Source: an uncultured Alphaproteobacteria bacterium
GTDB taxonomy: Bacteria > Pseudomonadota > Alphaproteobacteria > HIMB59 > GCA-002718135
DNA: 64,000 nt
Direction: 5' to 3'
NCBI GenBank assembly: GCA_902620425.1
Contig: CACNHX010000002.1
Location: 75,127 to 139,126, forward strand
Position numbers and translations under genes: made by a program. Below are positions 34,665 to 43,548 of this stretch, piece after piece. The notes under the pieces are model-generated. The model searched no databases, was not told where the DNA came from, and saw only the letters and a list, made by a program, of their open reading frames with translations. Position 1 is the first letter of the stretch. Every line of letters begins with the position of its first letter.

Positions 34665-35768
34665 ATGGAAACAACTTCAAACTTACAAAATTCATATTTT
34701 TCACTAGTAAGAAAAAGATTTTTGAAAAACAGAGTTGGAATATTAGGCTTAATTTTTGTAGGCTTTCTAATTTTCTCTGCTGTTTTTGCAGATTTTTTAT
34801 CTCCATATGATCCAGCAGCAAGAGATAGTGATAGAGTTTTTTATCCTCCTCAGGGAATACATTTCTTTGATGAGGATAATAATTTTTCGTTAAGACCTTT
34901 TGCTTATGGTTTTACTGAAGGATTTGATCCTGACACATATCTTCCAATAATGGAGATTGATTATACTCAAAAAAACTATCTTTATTTTTTTACTAGAGGA
35001 TGGGAATATAAGTTTCTAGGCTTAAATTTGGACTTACATTTATTTACTACTAAAGACGGGTCTAAAGTATTTTTTATTGGATCAGACGCCTATGGAAGGG
35101 ATATGTTATCAAGAATTTTTAAGGGAAGTAGGGTAACGCTATTATTCGCTCTGATAGTTGTAAGTATAACAACTTTCATTGGTATTTTAGTTGGAATTAG
35201 CTCAGGTTATTTTTCAGGAAAATTTGATATAGCTTCACAAAGAGTTACGGAACTTGCTTTAGCTTTTCCAGATCTACCTTTGTATTTATCCTTGGTAGCA
35301 ATTCTGCCAAGGCAAATGGATCCATTTCTGATTTTTATCTTTATGGCATTTATTTTATCCTCTTTACGGTGGGCTCAACTATCAAGAGAGGTTCGGGGAA
35401 AAACCCTTTCTTTAAGAAGATTAGACTATATTAAAGCAGCTGAAGCTTTAGGCTCCAATGATCTAAGAATTATATATAGACATCTACTTCCCAATGTAAC
35501 AAGTCACGTTATAGTAAGTGTTTCTTTATTGATACCTTCTGTAATTTTGACAGAAAGTTTTTTTAGCTTTTTAGGTTTAGGCATTCAATCTCCATTTGTT
35601 AGTTGGGGTCTTCAATTAAATTCTGCTCAAGATATGCGAACAATTGGAAGTTATCCATGGGTTTTAAGTCCTGTTTTTGCAATCTTAATTTCAGTTTTAG
35701 GATTTAATGCTCTTGGTGATGCTTTACGCGATGCAATTGATCCATATGCAACAACAACAAAAAAATAA
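34665..35768 (+). CDS. ABC permease (OppC/DppC type)
   Basis: GSDAYGRD.LSR, YIKAAEALG, SFLGLG, LGDALRDA.DP. Confidence 0.9.
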   Translation: METTSNLQNSYFSLVRKRFLKNRVGILGLIFVGFLIFSAVFADFLSPYDPAARDSDRVFYPPQGIHFFDEDNNFSLRPFAYGFTEGFDPDTYLPIMEIDYTQKNYLYFFTRGWEYKFLGLNLDLHLFTTKDGSKVFFIGSDAYGRDMLSRIFKGSRVTLLFALIVVSITTFIGILVGISSGYFSGKFDIASQRVTELALAFPDLPLYLSLVAILPRQMDPFLIFIFMAFILSSLRWAQLSREVRGKTLSLRRLDYIKAAEALGSNDLRIIYRHLLPNVTSHVIVSVSLLIPSVILTESFFSFLGLGIQSPFVSWGLQLNSAQDMRTIGSYPWVLSPVFAILISVLGFNALGDALRDAIDPYATTTKK

Positions 35769-37390
35769 TGACTAATCTTGTTGAAATTGAAAATCTTCAA
35801 GTAAAGTTTAATACAGATAGTGGTAAAGTAAATGCAGTGAATGGCATATCCTTTAATATTAAAAAGGGTGAAACATTAGCACTAGTAGGAGAGAGTGGGT
35901 CTGGTAAATCTGTTACTGCTAGAGGAATTATTCGATTACTTGCAGAAAATGCAATTATATCTGATCAAACATCAATAAAGTTTAATGGTACAAATATAAA
36001 TTCTTATTCTGAAAAAGAGTATCAAAATATTAGAGGAAAAAATATTTCAATGATTTTTCAAGAACCAATGAGTTCTTTAAATCCAATATATACAATTGAA
36101 AACCAAATTAGTGAGGTTTTAAAAATTCATGGAAAATTTTCAGATAAAGAACTCAAAGAAAAATGTCTTGAATTACTAAAACAAGTTCAAATTCCAGAAC
36201 CAGAGTCTAGATTATCACAGTATCCACATCAATTGTCAGGAGGACAAAGACAAAGAATTATGATTGCTATCGCCATAGCTAATAATCCAGATTTACTTAT
36301 TGCAGATGAGCCAACTACTGCTCTTGATGTTACAGTTCAAACAGAGATACTTAAATTACTTCAAAGTCTTCAACAAAAATATCAAATGTCCATTTTATTT
36401 ATTACTCATGATCTGACTATTGTCAGACAAATAAGTGATAGAGTTTGTGTAATGTATAATGGAAAAATTAAAGAAACAGGCATTACAAAAGAAATTTTTG
36501 AAAATCCAAAAGATGATTATACAAAACATTTATTGTCATCAGAGCCAGAAGAAAGAGATTTACATTATGATAAAAATGGAAGAAGCATCCTTTCAGGAGA
36601 AAATCTTAATGTAACATTTAATACTAAAGTAAAAGTATCAGGTAGAAATAAAGTTTTATCAATTAACGCTGTAAATAATATCAGTCTCGATCTTAAAGAA
36701 GGTGAGACTCTTGGAATTGTTGGCGAAAGTGGATCTGGTAAAACTACTTTAGGTCAAACTTTATTAAGGTTAGTTGATAGAGAATCTAACACAGATGTAG
36801 AAGGTGAAATTAAGTTTTTTGATGATCGAATTGACCGTTTATCTCGAAAGCAATTTAAGCCATTTAGAAATCAAATGCAGATAGTTTTTCAAGATCCATA
36901 TGCATCTTTAAATCCACGATTGTCTGTTAAACAAATTATAGAAGAGGGATTAATTGTAGCACTTAATATGAAAGATAAAAACGAACGGCTAAATAAAATT
37001 GAAAACATAATGAGTGAAGTTGGTTTAGAACCTAGCTCCATGCTTAGATTTCCTCATGAGTTTTCTGGAGGCCAAAGACAAAGAATAGCTATAGCAAGAT
37101 CATTTGTCTTAAATCCAAAATTTGTCTTATTGGATGAGCCAACATCAGCTCTTGATTTATCTATTCAAAAACAAATTCTAGAACTATTACTTCAACTCCA
37201 AAAAAATCACAAAACTACTTATATTTTTATCAGTCATGATTTAAGAGTTATTAGATCAATAAGCCACAATTTAATCGTTATGAAAGATGGTTCGATTCTA
37301 GAACAAGGTGTGGCAAAAAATATATTAACCAACCCTCAGAATGATTATACAAAGAATTTAATAAAATCTGCTTTTGATATTATTTATTAA
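35768..37390 (+). CDS. Double-domain ABC ATPase (OppD-OppF fused type)
   Basis: Two Walker A motifs (GESGSGKS, GESGSGKT), two SGGQRQR, two DEPT motifs. Confidence 0.93.
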   Translation: MTNLVEIENLQVKFNTDSGKVNAVNGISFNIKKGETLALVGESGSGKSVTARGIIRLLAENAIISDQTSIKFNGTNINSYSEKEYQNIRGKNISMIFQEPMSSLNPIYTIENQISEVLKIHGKFSDKELKEKCLELLKQVQIPEPESRLSQYPHQLSGGQRQRIMIAIAIANNPDLLIADEPTTALDVTVQTEILKLLQSLQQKYQMSILFITHDLTIVRQISDRVCVMYNGKIKETGITKEIFENPKDDYTKHLLSSEPEERDLHYDKNGRSILSGENLNVTFNTKVKVSGRNKVLSINAVNNISLDLKEGETLGIVGESGSGKTTLGQTLLRLVDRESNTDVEGEIKFFDDRIDRLSRKQFKPFRNQMQIVFQDPYASLNPRLSVKQIIEEGLIVALNMKDKNERLNKIENIMSEVGLEPSSMLRFPHEFSGGQRQRIAIARSFVLNPKFVLLDEPTSALDLSIQKQILELLLQLQKNHKTTYIFISHDLRVIRSISHNLIVMKDGSILEQGVAKNILTNPQNDYTKNLIKSAFDIIY

Positions 37391-38916
37391 TGAGGAAATT
37401 AAAAAACGTAACTATCCTAGGCGCAGGCACCGCCGGTTGGATTTCTGCATATATTCTAAGTGATTTTTTTTACACAAATAAACAAAATGTAAAAGTAACA
37501 ATTGTTGATCCTTCAAGCATTCCTATAATTGGTGTTGGAGAAGGAACAACCGGAATATTTTATGATTTTTTAAAAAGATATAATTTAGATGAACTAGACT
37601 TTTTAAGAGAAACAAAAGCTACTCTAAAGTTTGGGATTGTTCATAAAGACTGGAAAGAATTAAATCATCAATATTATGGACCAATTGATGACCCACATTT
37701 GTTAGCATCTAAAAAAGACCCTGAAGATTTTGAATATTTAAATGTTTATGCAGTTGCTGCAGGTCGATCTGTTGCTGATGTGCATTTACACACAAAACTA
37801 ATGGAAACAAATAAAGTTCCTTTCAATCTTGAAAATAGCAGACCCGATTTAAAAAGCCCTTTTTTCTATGCTTATCATTTTGATAATCATCTTGTTGGAA
37901 ATTATTTAAGAAAAAGATCAAAAAATATAGAGATTCTTGATGAAGTCTATACGCATGCTTCATTAAATGAAAATGGAGAAATTGAAAAACTTCATTTTGA
38001 AAGTGGTAAAGAAATTGAAACTGATTTAGTTCTTGATTGTACAGGCTTCAGAAAACTCCTCATAAATAAATTATATAATGTTGGATGGAAATCTTATCAA
38101 AAAAATTTACCAGTAAATAGAGCTATGCCTTTCTTTTTAAAATTAGATGAAAAAAATATTAGTAATTATACTTTAGCTTGGGCACAAAAAAATGGTTGGA
38201 TGTGGCAAATACCAACTCAAGAAAGAATTGGTGCTGGTTATGTATATTGTGATAATTTTACAAGTCCAGAAGAAGCTAAGATTGAAATAGAGAAAGTCTT
38301 AGGTCATGAAATAGAACCAAGAAACGATATTAAATTTACTTCGGGTAGAATAGAAAAATCATGGGTAAAAAATTGTATTGCCATAGGATTAGCTTCTGGC
38401 TTTCTTGAGCCATTAGAAGCCACTTCAATTCATAGCACTCTAATACAAATGATTTTGTTTGCAACTGATTACCTCAAAGAAGAAATGGATTTTAATAATG
38501 AAAAAATAATGGATGAGTTTAATGATAGAGTTGGACGTCAGTTTGATGATTTTATGATCTTTCTTAATACTCATTATGTGTCCAATAGAGATGATAGTGA
38601 TTTTTGGAAATATGTTAAAAATGAATGTATTCACGAAGACACTTTGAACCTCATTAATAAATGGAAAAATCAATTACCTAGGATGAGTGATTTTGAATTA
38701 TATCTTTCAGGCCTTCCTCATGTTCAATCACAACTTTATTATCCTGTTTTAGATGGCCTAGGTTTACTCCAAAAAGATGTTGCAAGGGAAGAAATGAATA
38801 ATTTTAATTTAAAGCCCTTTGCAAGAGATGAATATAAAAGATTTAATGATCAGTATGATGATCAAATGAAAAGATTCATAAAGCACAATGATTATTTAGA
38901 ATATGCATCACTTTGA
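37390..38916 (+). CDS. Flavin-dependent (tryptophan) halogenase family protein
   Basis: GAGTAG, IGVGEGT, ATLK(80)FGI catalytic Lys, WMWQIP, FLEPLEATSI. Confidence 0.85.
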   Translation: MRKLKNVTILGAGTAGWISAYILSDFFYTNKQNVKVTIVDPSSIPIIGVGEGTTGIFYDFLKRYNLDELDFLRETKATLKFGIVHKDWKELNHQYYGPIDDPHLLASKKDPEDFEYLNVYAVAAGRSVADVHLHTKLMETNKVPFNLENSRPDLKSPFFYAYHFDNHLVGNYLRKRSKNIEILDEVYTHASLNENGEIEKLHFESGKEIETDLVLDCTGFRKLLINKLYNVGWKSYQKNLPVNRAMPFFLKLDEKNISNYTLAWAQKNGWMWQIPTQERIGAGYVYCDNFTSPEEAKIEIEKVLGHEIEPRNDIKFTSGRIEKSWVKNCIAIGLASGFLEPLEATSIHSTLIQMILFATDYLKEEMDFNNEKIMDEFNDRVGRQFDDFMIFLNTHYVSNRDDSDFWKYVKNECIHEDTLNLINKWKNQLPRMSDFELYLSGLPHVQSQLYYPVLDGLGLLQKDVAREEMNNFNLKPFARDEYKRFNDQYDDQMKRFIKHNDYLEYASL

Positions 38917-38965
38917 TAAATTAAAGCTTAATATTCATTTATTTTACATGTATAGGCAATAATTA

Positions 38966-39042
38966 GGGCTCTTAGCTCAGTTGGTTAGAGCGCCCCGCTC
39001 ATAACGGGGTGGTCCGGGGTTCAAGTCCCTGAGGGCCCACCA
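38966..39042 (+). tRNA. tRNA with CAT anticodon, probably tRNA-Ile2 (lysidine)
   Basis: GGGCTCT/AGGGCCC acceptor, anticodon arm with CTCATAA loop, GGTTCAAGTCC T arm, CCA. Resembles E. coli ileX more than metT and lacks initiator features; Ile2 versus Met not certain. Confidence 0.88.
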
Positions 39043-40154
39043 TTTAATTTTGTTGAAAAGTTAAATATAGTAAATATTAAAAAGAAAATTACACCAAATA
39101 TGATTAAAAAATAATTGATATTAAAGCTTATTAAAGTACCAATGATAGTTGGACCAACAAAGGAACCAATATTTTCACATATACTATAACTTGCTACTCC
39201 AAAAACAATTAAATGGCTTTTTAAATTAGTGTTAATTAAATTGAAATTAATAAGGAATAAACTTCCTATAGATAAATAAAAAATAAAAGTAAAAAAAATG
39301 ATACTAAAATAATTTTCTGTAAAAAAGAAAATAATTAAACCAGCAATGGAAATTAAGCAGAATATATTTAAAATTAAAACTTTGCTAATTTTATCTATTA
39401 ATTTTCCTATTAATGGAAAGATTAATAACACTAATATTCCTGAAGTAAAATTAATTCTTCCAACATCTTTATCTGTAAAACCTTTTTCAATTAAGAATGA
39501 TGGAAAAAGAGAACTCCAACCTGCATCACTAATTCCTAAAAAAAATACACAAATTAAAATAAATTTAATATTATTAATCACATTATAAGATAATGAAAAC
39601 TCAACCTTTTCAACTTTCGTTAAGAGTATGCTCGATTTAGAAACAAAAACTGGTAAAAATTGAAATACAATAAGCAGTATAGCGATTACATAACTTAAAT
39701 AATTAACTCCATTAAATGCAATAATAAGAGAGCCCAGTATTGCTCCAAATCCCGCACTAGACCAAAACAAAGAAATATAAAAACCTGATTTATTTTTAAA
39801 TTCTGAACTAATATATGTTTCAATTGTCAAAAAATTGATATGATTTGTAAATCCCATGACAAATGTAATAATCACAATAGTGAAAATGCTGAATTGAAAA
39901 AATAAAAGTAAAAAAAATAATAATTGAATTAAAATAGAACAAATTAAAGTAAAAAATAAACTATACTTTTCTCTAATAATATTATGCAAAAATGAAGAAA
40001 CAATAACTCCAAGTGCAAAAAAGGACAAAGAAAAACCAATTAAAGATTCATTATAATTTTTTAATTTAAGATCTATTGCTAGAGTAGAAGATAGAAAACT
40101 TGCTGCAAGAGCAAAAGAAAATATGATTGTCGAATAATTAATAATATTCCTCAT
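39021..40154 (-). CDS. MFS transporter (divergent)
   Basis: About 12 hydrophobic segments; G.L.DK..K loop motif in C-terminal half; G..VGP. Confidence 0.7.
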   Translation of the reverse strand: MRNIINYSTIIFSFALAASFLSSTLAIDLKLKNYNESLIGFSLSFFALGVIVSSFLHNIIREKYSLFFTLICSILIQLLFFLLLFFQFSIFTIVIITFVMGFTNHINFLTIETYISSEFKNKSGFYISLFWSSAGFGAILGSLIIAFNGVNYLSYVIAILLIVFQFLPVFVSKSSILLTKVEKVEFSLSYNVINNIKFILICVFFLGISDAGWSSLFPSFLIEKGFTDKDVGRINFTSGILVLLIFPLIGKLIDKISKVLILNIFCLISIAGLIIFFFTENYFSIIFFTFIFYLSIGSLFLINFNLINTNLKSHLIVFGVASYSICENIGSFVGPTIIGTLISFNINYFLIIFGVIFFLIFTIFNFSTKLNGGPSGT

Positions 40155-40201
40155 TATTTTCTTGAATAATCTTTTTATACAATTAATAAAGCCTTAAATA
40201 G

Positions 40202-41266
40202 ATGGCATTAATTTCACTAAGACAACTTTTGGATCACGCTGCAGAGAATAATTACGGTGTACCAGCATTTAATGTAAATAACCTGGAAGCGATTAGGGCT
40301 ATAATGGAAGGGGCTAAAGAGTTAAATAGCCCAGTTATTTTGCAAGCTTCTGGAGCAGCAAGAAAATACGCTGGCCCCATTTTTGTTAAAAAATTAGTAG
40401 AAGCCGCAATGGACGAATTTTCAGACATTCCAACTGTTTTACATCAAGATCATGGTGGATCTCCATCAGATTGCAAAAATTGTATCGAACTTGGATTTAC
40501 TTCTGTCATGATGGATGGCTCCTTAATGGATGACCAAAAAACACCTTCAGACTTTGATTATAACGTTAGAGTTACCAAAGAAACAACTGATATGGCGCAT
40601 GCCTTAGGTGTTTCCGTTGAAGGAGAAATTGGATGCTTAGGTTCTTTGGAAACTGGAACTGGGGAAAAAGAAGATGGTGTTGGTGCAGAAGGCAAACTTG
40701 ATCATGATCAACTTTTAACAGATCCAGATGAGGCATCAGATTTTGTTAAGGCAACTAATGTAGATGCATTAGCTATTGCTATTGGAACGAGTCATGGAGC
40801 TTATAAATTTTCTCGACCACCTACAGGTGATATTTTAGCAATTGATAGAATTAAAGAAATACATTCAAGACTTCCAAATACTCATTTAGTAATGCATGGA
40901 TCATCTTCTGTTCCTCAAGATTTAATAAAAACTATTAACGAATATGGTGGAAAAATAAAGGAAACATACGGTGTACCTGTGCCTGAAATCCAAGAAGGAA
41001 TTAAACATGGTGTTAGAAAGGTAAATGTTGATACAGACTTAAGACTGGCAGCTACAGCTGCAGTAAGAAAATATTTTCATGAAAATCCCTCTCAATTTGA
41101 TCCCCGAAAATATTTATTACTTTCAAAAGATGCTATGAAAGAAGTTGTAAAAAGTAGACTTCAAGAATTTGGAACTGCAGGAAATGCTTCATCTATAAAC
41201 TCAATTTCTTTAGGTGAAATGTCAAAAAAATATAAATCTGGTGAGTTTAAAGCTATTATAAATTAG
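40202..41266 (+). CDS. fba: Fructose-bisphosphate aldolase class II
   Basis: [48 protein letters not shown]. Confidence 0.95.
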   Translation: MALISLRQLLDHAAENNYGVPAFNVNNLEAIRAIMEGAKELNSPVILQASGAARKYAGPIFVKKLVEAAMDEFSDIPTVLHQDHGGSPSDCKNCIELGFTSVMMDGSLMDDQKTPSDFDYNVRVTKETTDMAHALGVSVEGEIGCLGSLETGTGEKEDGVGAEGKLDHDQLLTDPDEASDFVKATNVDALAIAIGTSHGAYKFSRPPTGDILAIDRIKEIHSRLPNTHLVMHGSSSVPQDLIKTINEYGGKIKETYGVPVPEIQEGIKHGVRKVNVDTDLRLAATAAVRKYFHENPSQFDPRKYLLLSKDAMKEVVKSRLQEFGTAGNASSINSISLGEMSKKYKSGEFKAIIN

Positions 41267-41311
41267 CTTTTAATTATTGAAAAAAATTATTTTTTAATCC
41301 AAAATATAAAT

Positions 41312-42139
41312 ATGAAAAAAGTTTCACAGCTTGATGAATACTTATTTGATTTAAATGGATATTTAATAATTGAAAATGCTTTAAGTAGAAAAGAATTAAA
41401 AGATCTTAATAATATTCTAGATAAATTAAAAAGTTTAAAACATAAAGAATGGGCAGGCTATGTTCATGGACACAATTATGGTGGCAAGGAAGGTTTAAAT
41501 CTTCAACAAATTTATGAAGCTGGAAAACCCTTTGAAAAATTAATTGATCATCCTTCATGGATAAATCATATGCTTCATTTTGTTGGAGGAAAAGATACAT
41601 TTGATCAACATCATGGACCATTATTTATCGATGAAAATTTTGCGAATATTAGAGGGCAGGGAGAAGCTATTGGAATTCATTCTGGTGCTCACGAAGGAAC
41701 TCAAAGAGGTCATTATAGATTTGAAAATGGAAAATTTCACTGCGGACAAATTAATATTTTGCTAGCTCTAAATGATATAGGCCCAGGTGATGGTGGTACA
41801 GTCATTATTCCTTCATCACATAAATCAAATTTACGTCATCCAGAGTTTGATAAACATGTTATGAAAAAGGGCAAAGTTACATCAGCTGATAATATGACAG
41901 CTTCAAAAGAAATTTATTTAAAAGCTGGAGACGGACTATTATTTGTAGATTCACTTTGTCATGGTTCTGCAAAAAGAACAAATAAAGGAGAAAGAAGAAT
42001 TGTTGTTTACAGATATGGGCCTTCTTGGGGTTTTTTTAGACACCCTTATCGACCTTCAAAAAAACTACTTTCAAATCTCACTGAATTTCAAAAAAAAATA
42101 GTAATGCCTCACGAGCAAGTGCTTTCACCAAATAACTAA
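41312..42139 (+). CDS. PhyH-family Fe(II)/2OG enzyme with H-S-G in place of H-x-D
   Basis: FDLNGYL, GIHSG (H123-S-G125), DGGT..IP.SHKSN, AGD.LLF..SL.HG (H217), RR. Confidence 0.78.
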   Translation: MKKVSQLDEYLFDLNGYLIIENALSRKELKDLNNILDKLKSLKHKEWAGYVHGHNYGGKEGLNLQQIYEAGKPFEKLIDHPSWINHMLHFVGGKDTFDQHHGPLFIDENFANIRGQGEAIGIHSGAHEGTQRGHYRFENGKFHCGQINILLALNDIGPGDGGTVIIPSSHKSNLRHPEFDKHVMKKGKVTSADNMTASKEIYLKAGDGLLFVDSLCHGSAKRTNKGERRIVVYRYGPSWGFFRHPYRPSKKLLSNLTEFQKKIVMPHEQVLSPNN

Positions 42140-42232
42140 AAAAACAAGATTATTTAATAGTTAAATACATTTTTTTTATCTTGATTTTTCGATCAATTTA
42201 ACTTTTAAAAGATATATTAAAGGGAGGAATAG

Positions 42233-43486
42233 ATGAAATTAATTAAATCCTTAATTTTGTCTCTTGCAGTTTTAGTTGGGTTTTCATCAACTTCAAATGC
42301 TAGAGATATTACACTTTCAATGTGGACGCATAACCAGCTCTATGTTGATTATTTCAATACTTATCTTGAAGAAGTGCAAGCTGCATTTCCAGATGATAAT
42401 ATTACTTTTGATTTTCAAGTTACGCCTGATATGGCTACAAACAGTTTAACGGCGATTGCTTCAGGTTCTGAACATACTGATCTTTTAGGAATTGAGATAA
42501 GCGGTTTTGGTCTATTTATGGTTGATGATATTATTTCAGACAACTTTGTACCACTAACAGATATGTACGGTGACATGTCTCAATGGAATCCAGGAAAAGT
42601 AGCTGCTTGGACTCACACTAATGGTGAGATATATGGAATTGAAAGCGAAGGCTGTTATATGGTCTATTACTACAACCCAAGCATTCTTGAAAGTTATGGT
42701 AAATCAGTACCAAAAACTTGGGACGAGTTTATGGAAACTGGAAAAATTTTAGCAAAAGATGGAATTTCAATGATGCTATCTGAGTTAAGATTTATTGGAA
42801 TGTACCAACAAGCTGGTGGTAAATTCTTCAATGAAGATGGTGAATTTGAAATGGATGAAGATCTTTTCATGGAGGTTTTAAAATTCCAAGAAGAAGCTTT
42901 TGCATCCGGAGTAATTAACTATACTACTGACTATTGGGGTCAAACACCTGGTGTTCTTTACAATTCAAAGCAAACTGTAGGAACTATGGCGCCTGACTGG
43001 TATAACAATTGTTGTTTACAACCTACAGTTAAGGATACACAATCTGGTGAGTGGAGAGTTGCTCCTCTTCCTACTTGGGGAGATGAAGGATATAAAACTT
43101 TTCACTGGGGTGGAACTGGTTTTGCCATTCATAAATCTTCAGAAGCTGTAGACGTTGCTAAAAAGTTACTTGAACTTGCTTACTTTTCATATGAAGGTCA
43201 AATTGCAAAATATGATTTCTTCGGAGGAATGCCTACTTTATTGGCTGCTCTTGAAGATCCAAGAATTGCAGATAAAAAATTTGATTTTTATGGAGGTCAA
43301 AAATTTGCAGAGCCATTTATTTCTGTAGCAGGGTCAAGTGCTGATGACTATCAGCATGTTGGTCGAGCTATTATTGATAGTGTTTCTCGTGATTTGACAA
43401 CATTATTAGCAAATGGTGAAATAACTGCTGAGGAAGCTCATGAAAGGTTCATTTCACAAGTTCAAGATGAACTTGACTTTTTATAG
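42233..43486 (+). CDS. Carbohydrate ABC substrate-binding protein (CUT1)
   Basis: Signal peptide, P.TWDE, WRVAPLP, GGTGFAI; GGAGG SD. Confidence 0.88.
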   Translation: MKLIKSLILSLAVLVGFSSTSNARDITLSMWTHNQLYVDYFNTYLEEVQAAFPDDNITFDFQVTPDMATNSLTAIASGSEHTDLLGIEISGFGLFMVDDIISDNFVPLTDMYGDMSQWNPGKVAAWTHTNGEIYGIESEGCYMVYYYNPSILESYGKSVPKTWDEFMETGKILAKDGISMMLSELRFIGMYQQAGGKFFNEDGEFEMDEDLFMEVLKFQEEAFASGVINYTTDYWGQTPGVLYNSKQTVGTMAPDWYNNCCLQPTVKDTQSGEWRVAPLPTWGDEGYKTFHWGGTGFAIHKSSEAVDVAKKLLELAYFSYEGQIAKYDFFGGMPTLLAALEDPRIADKKFDFYGGQKFAEPFISVAGSSADDYQHVGRAIIDSVSRDLTTLLANGEITAEEAHERFISQVQDELDFL

Positions 43487-43499
43487 ACGATAATTTTTT

Positions 43500-43525
43500 A
43501 AAGCAGGGTTTTTACCCTGCTTTTT
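43500..43525 (+). terminator. Hairpin plus T-tract after SBP gene
   Basis: AAAGCAGGGT-TTTT-ACCCTGCTTT-TT. Confidence 0.8.
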
Positions 43526-43548
43526 AAAAATCAAATCAAAATAATAAT

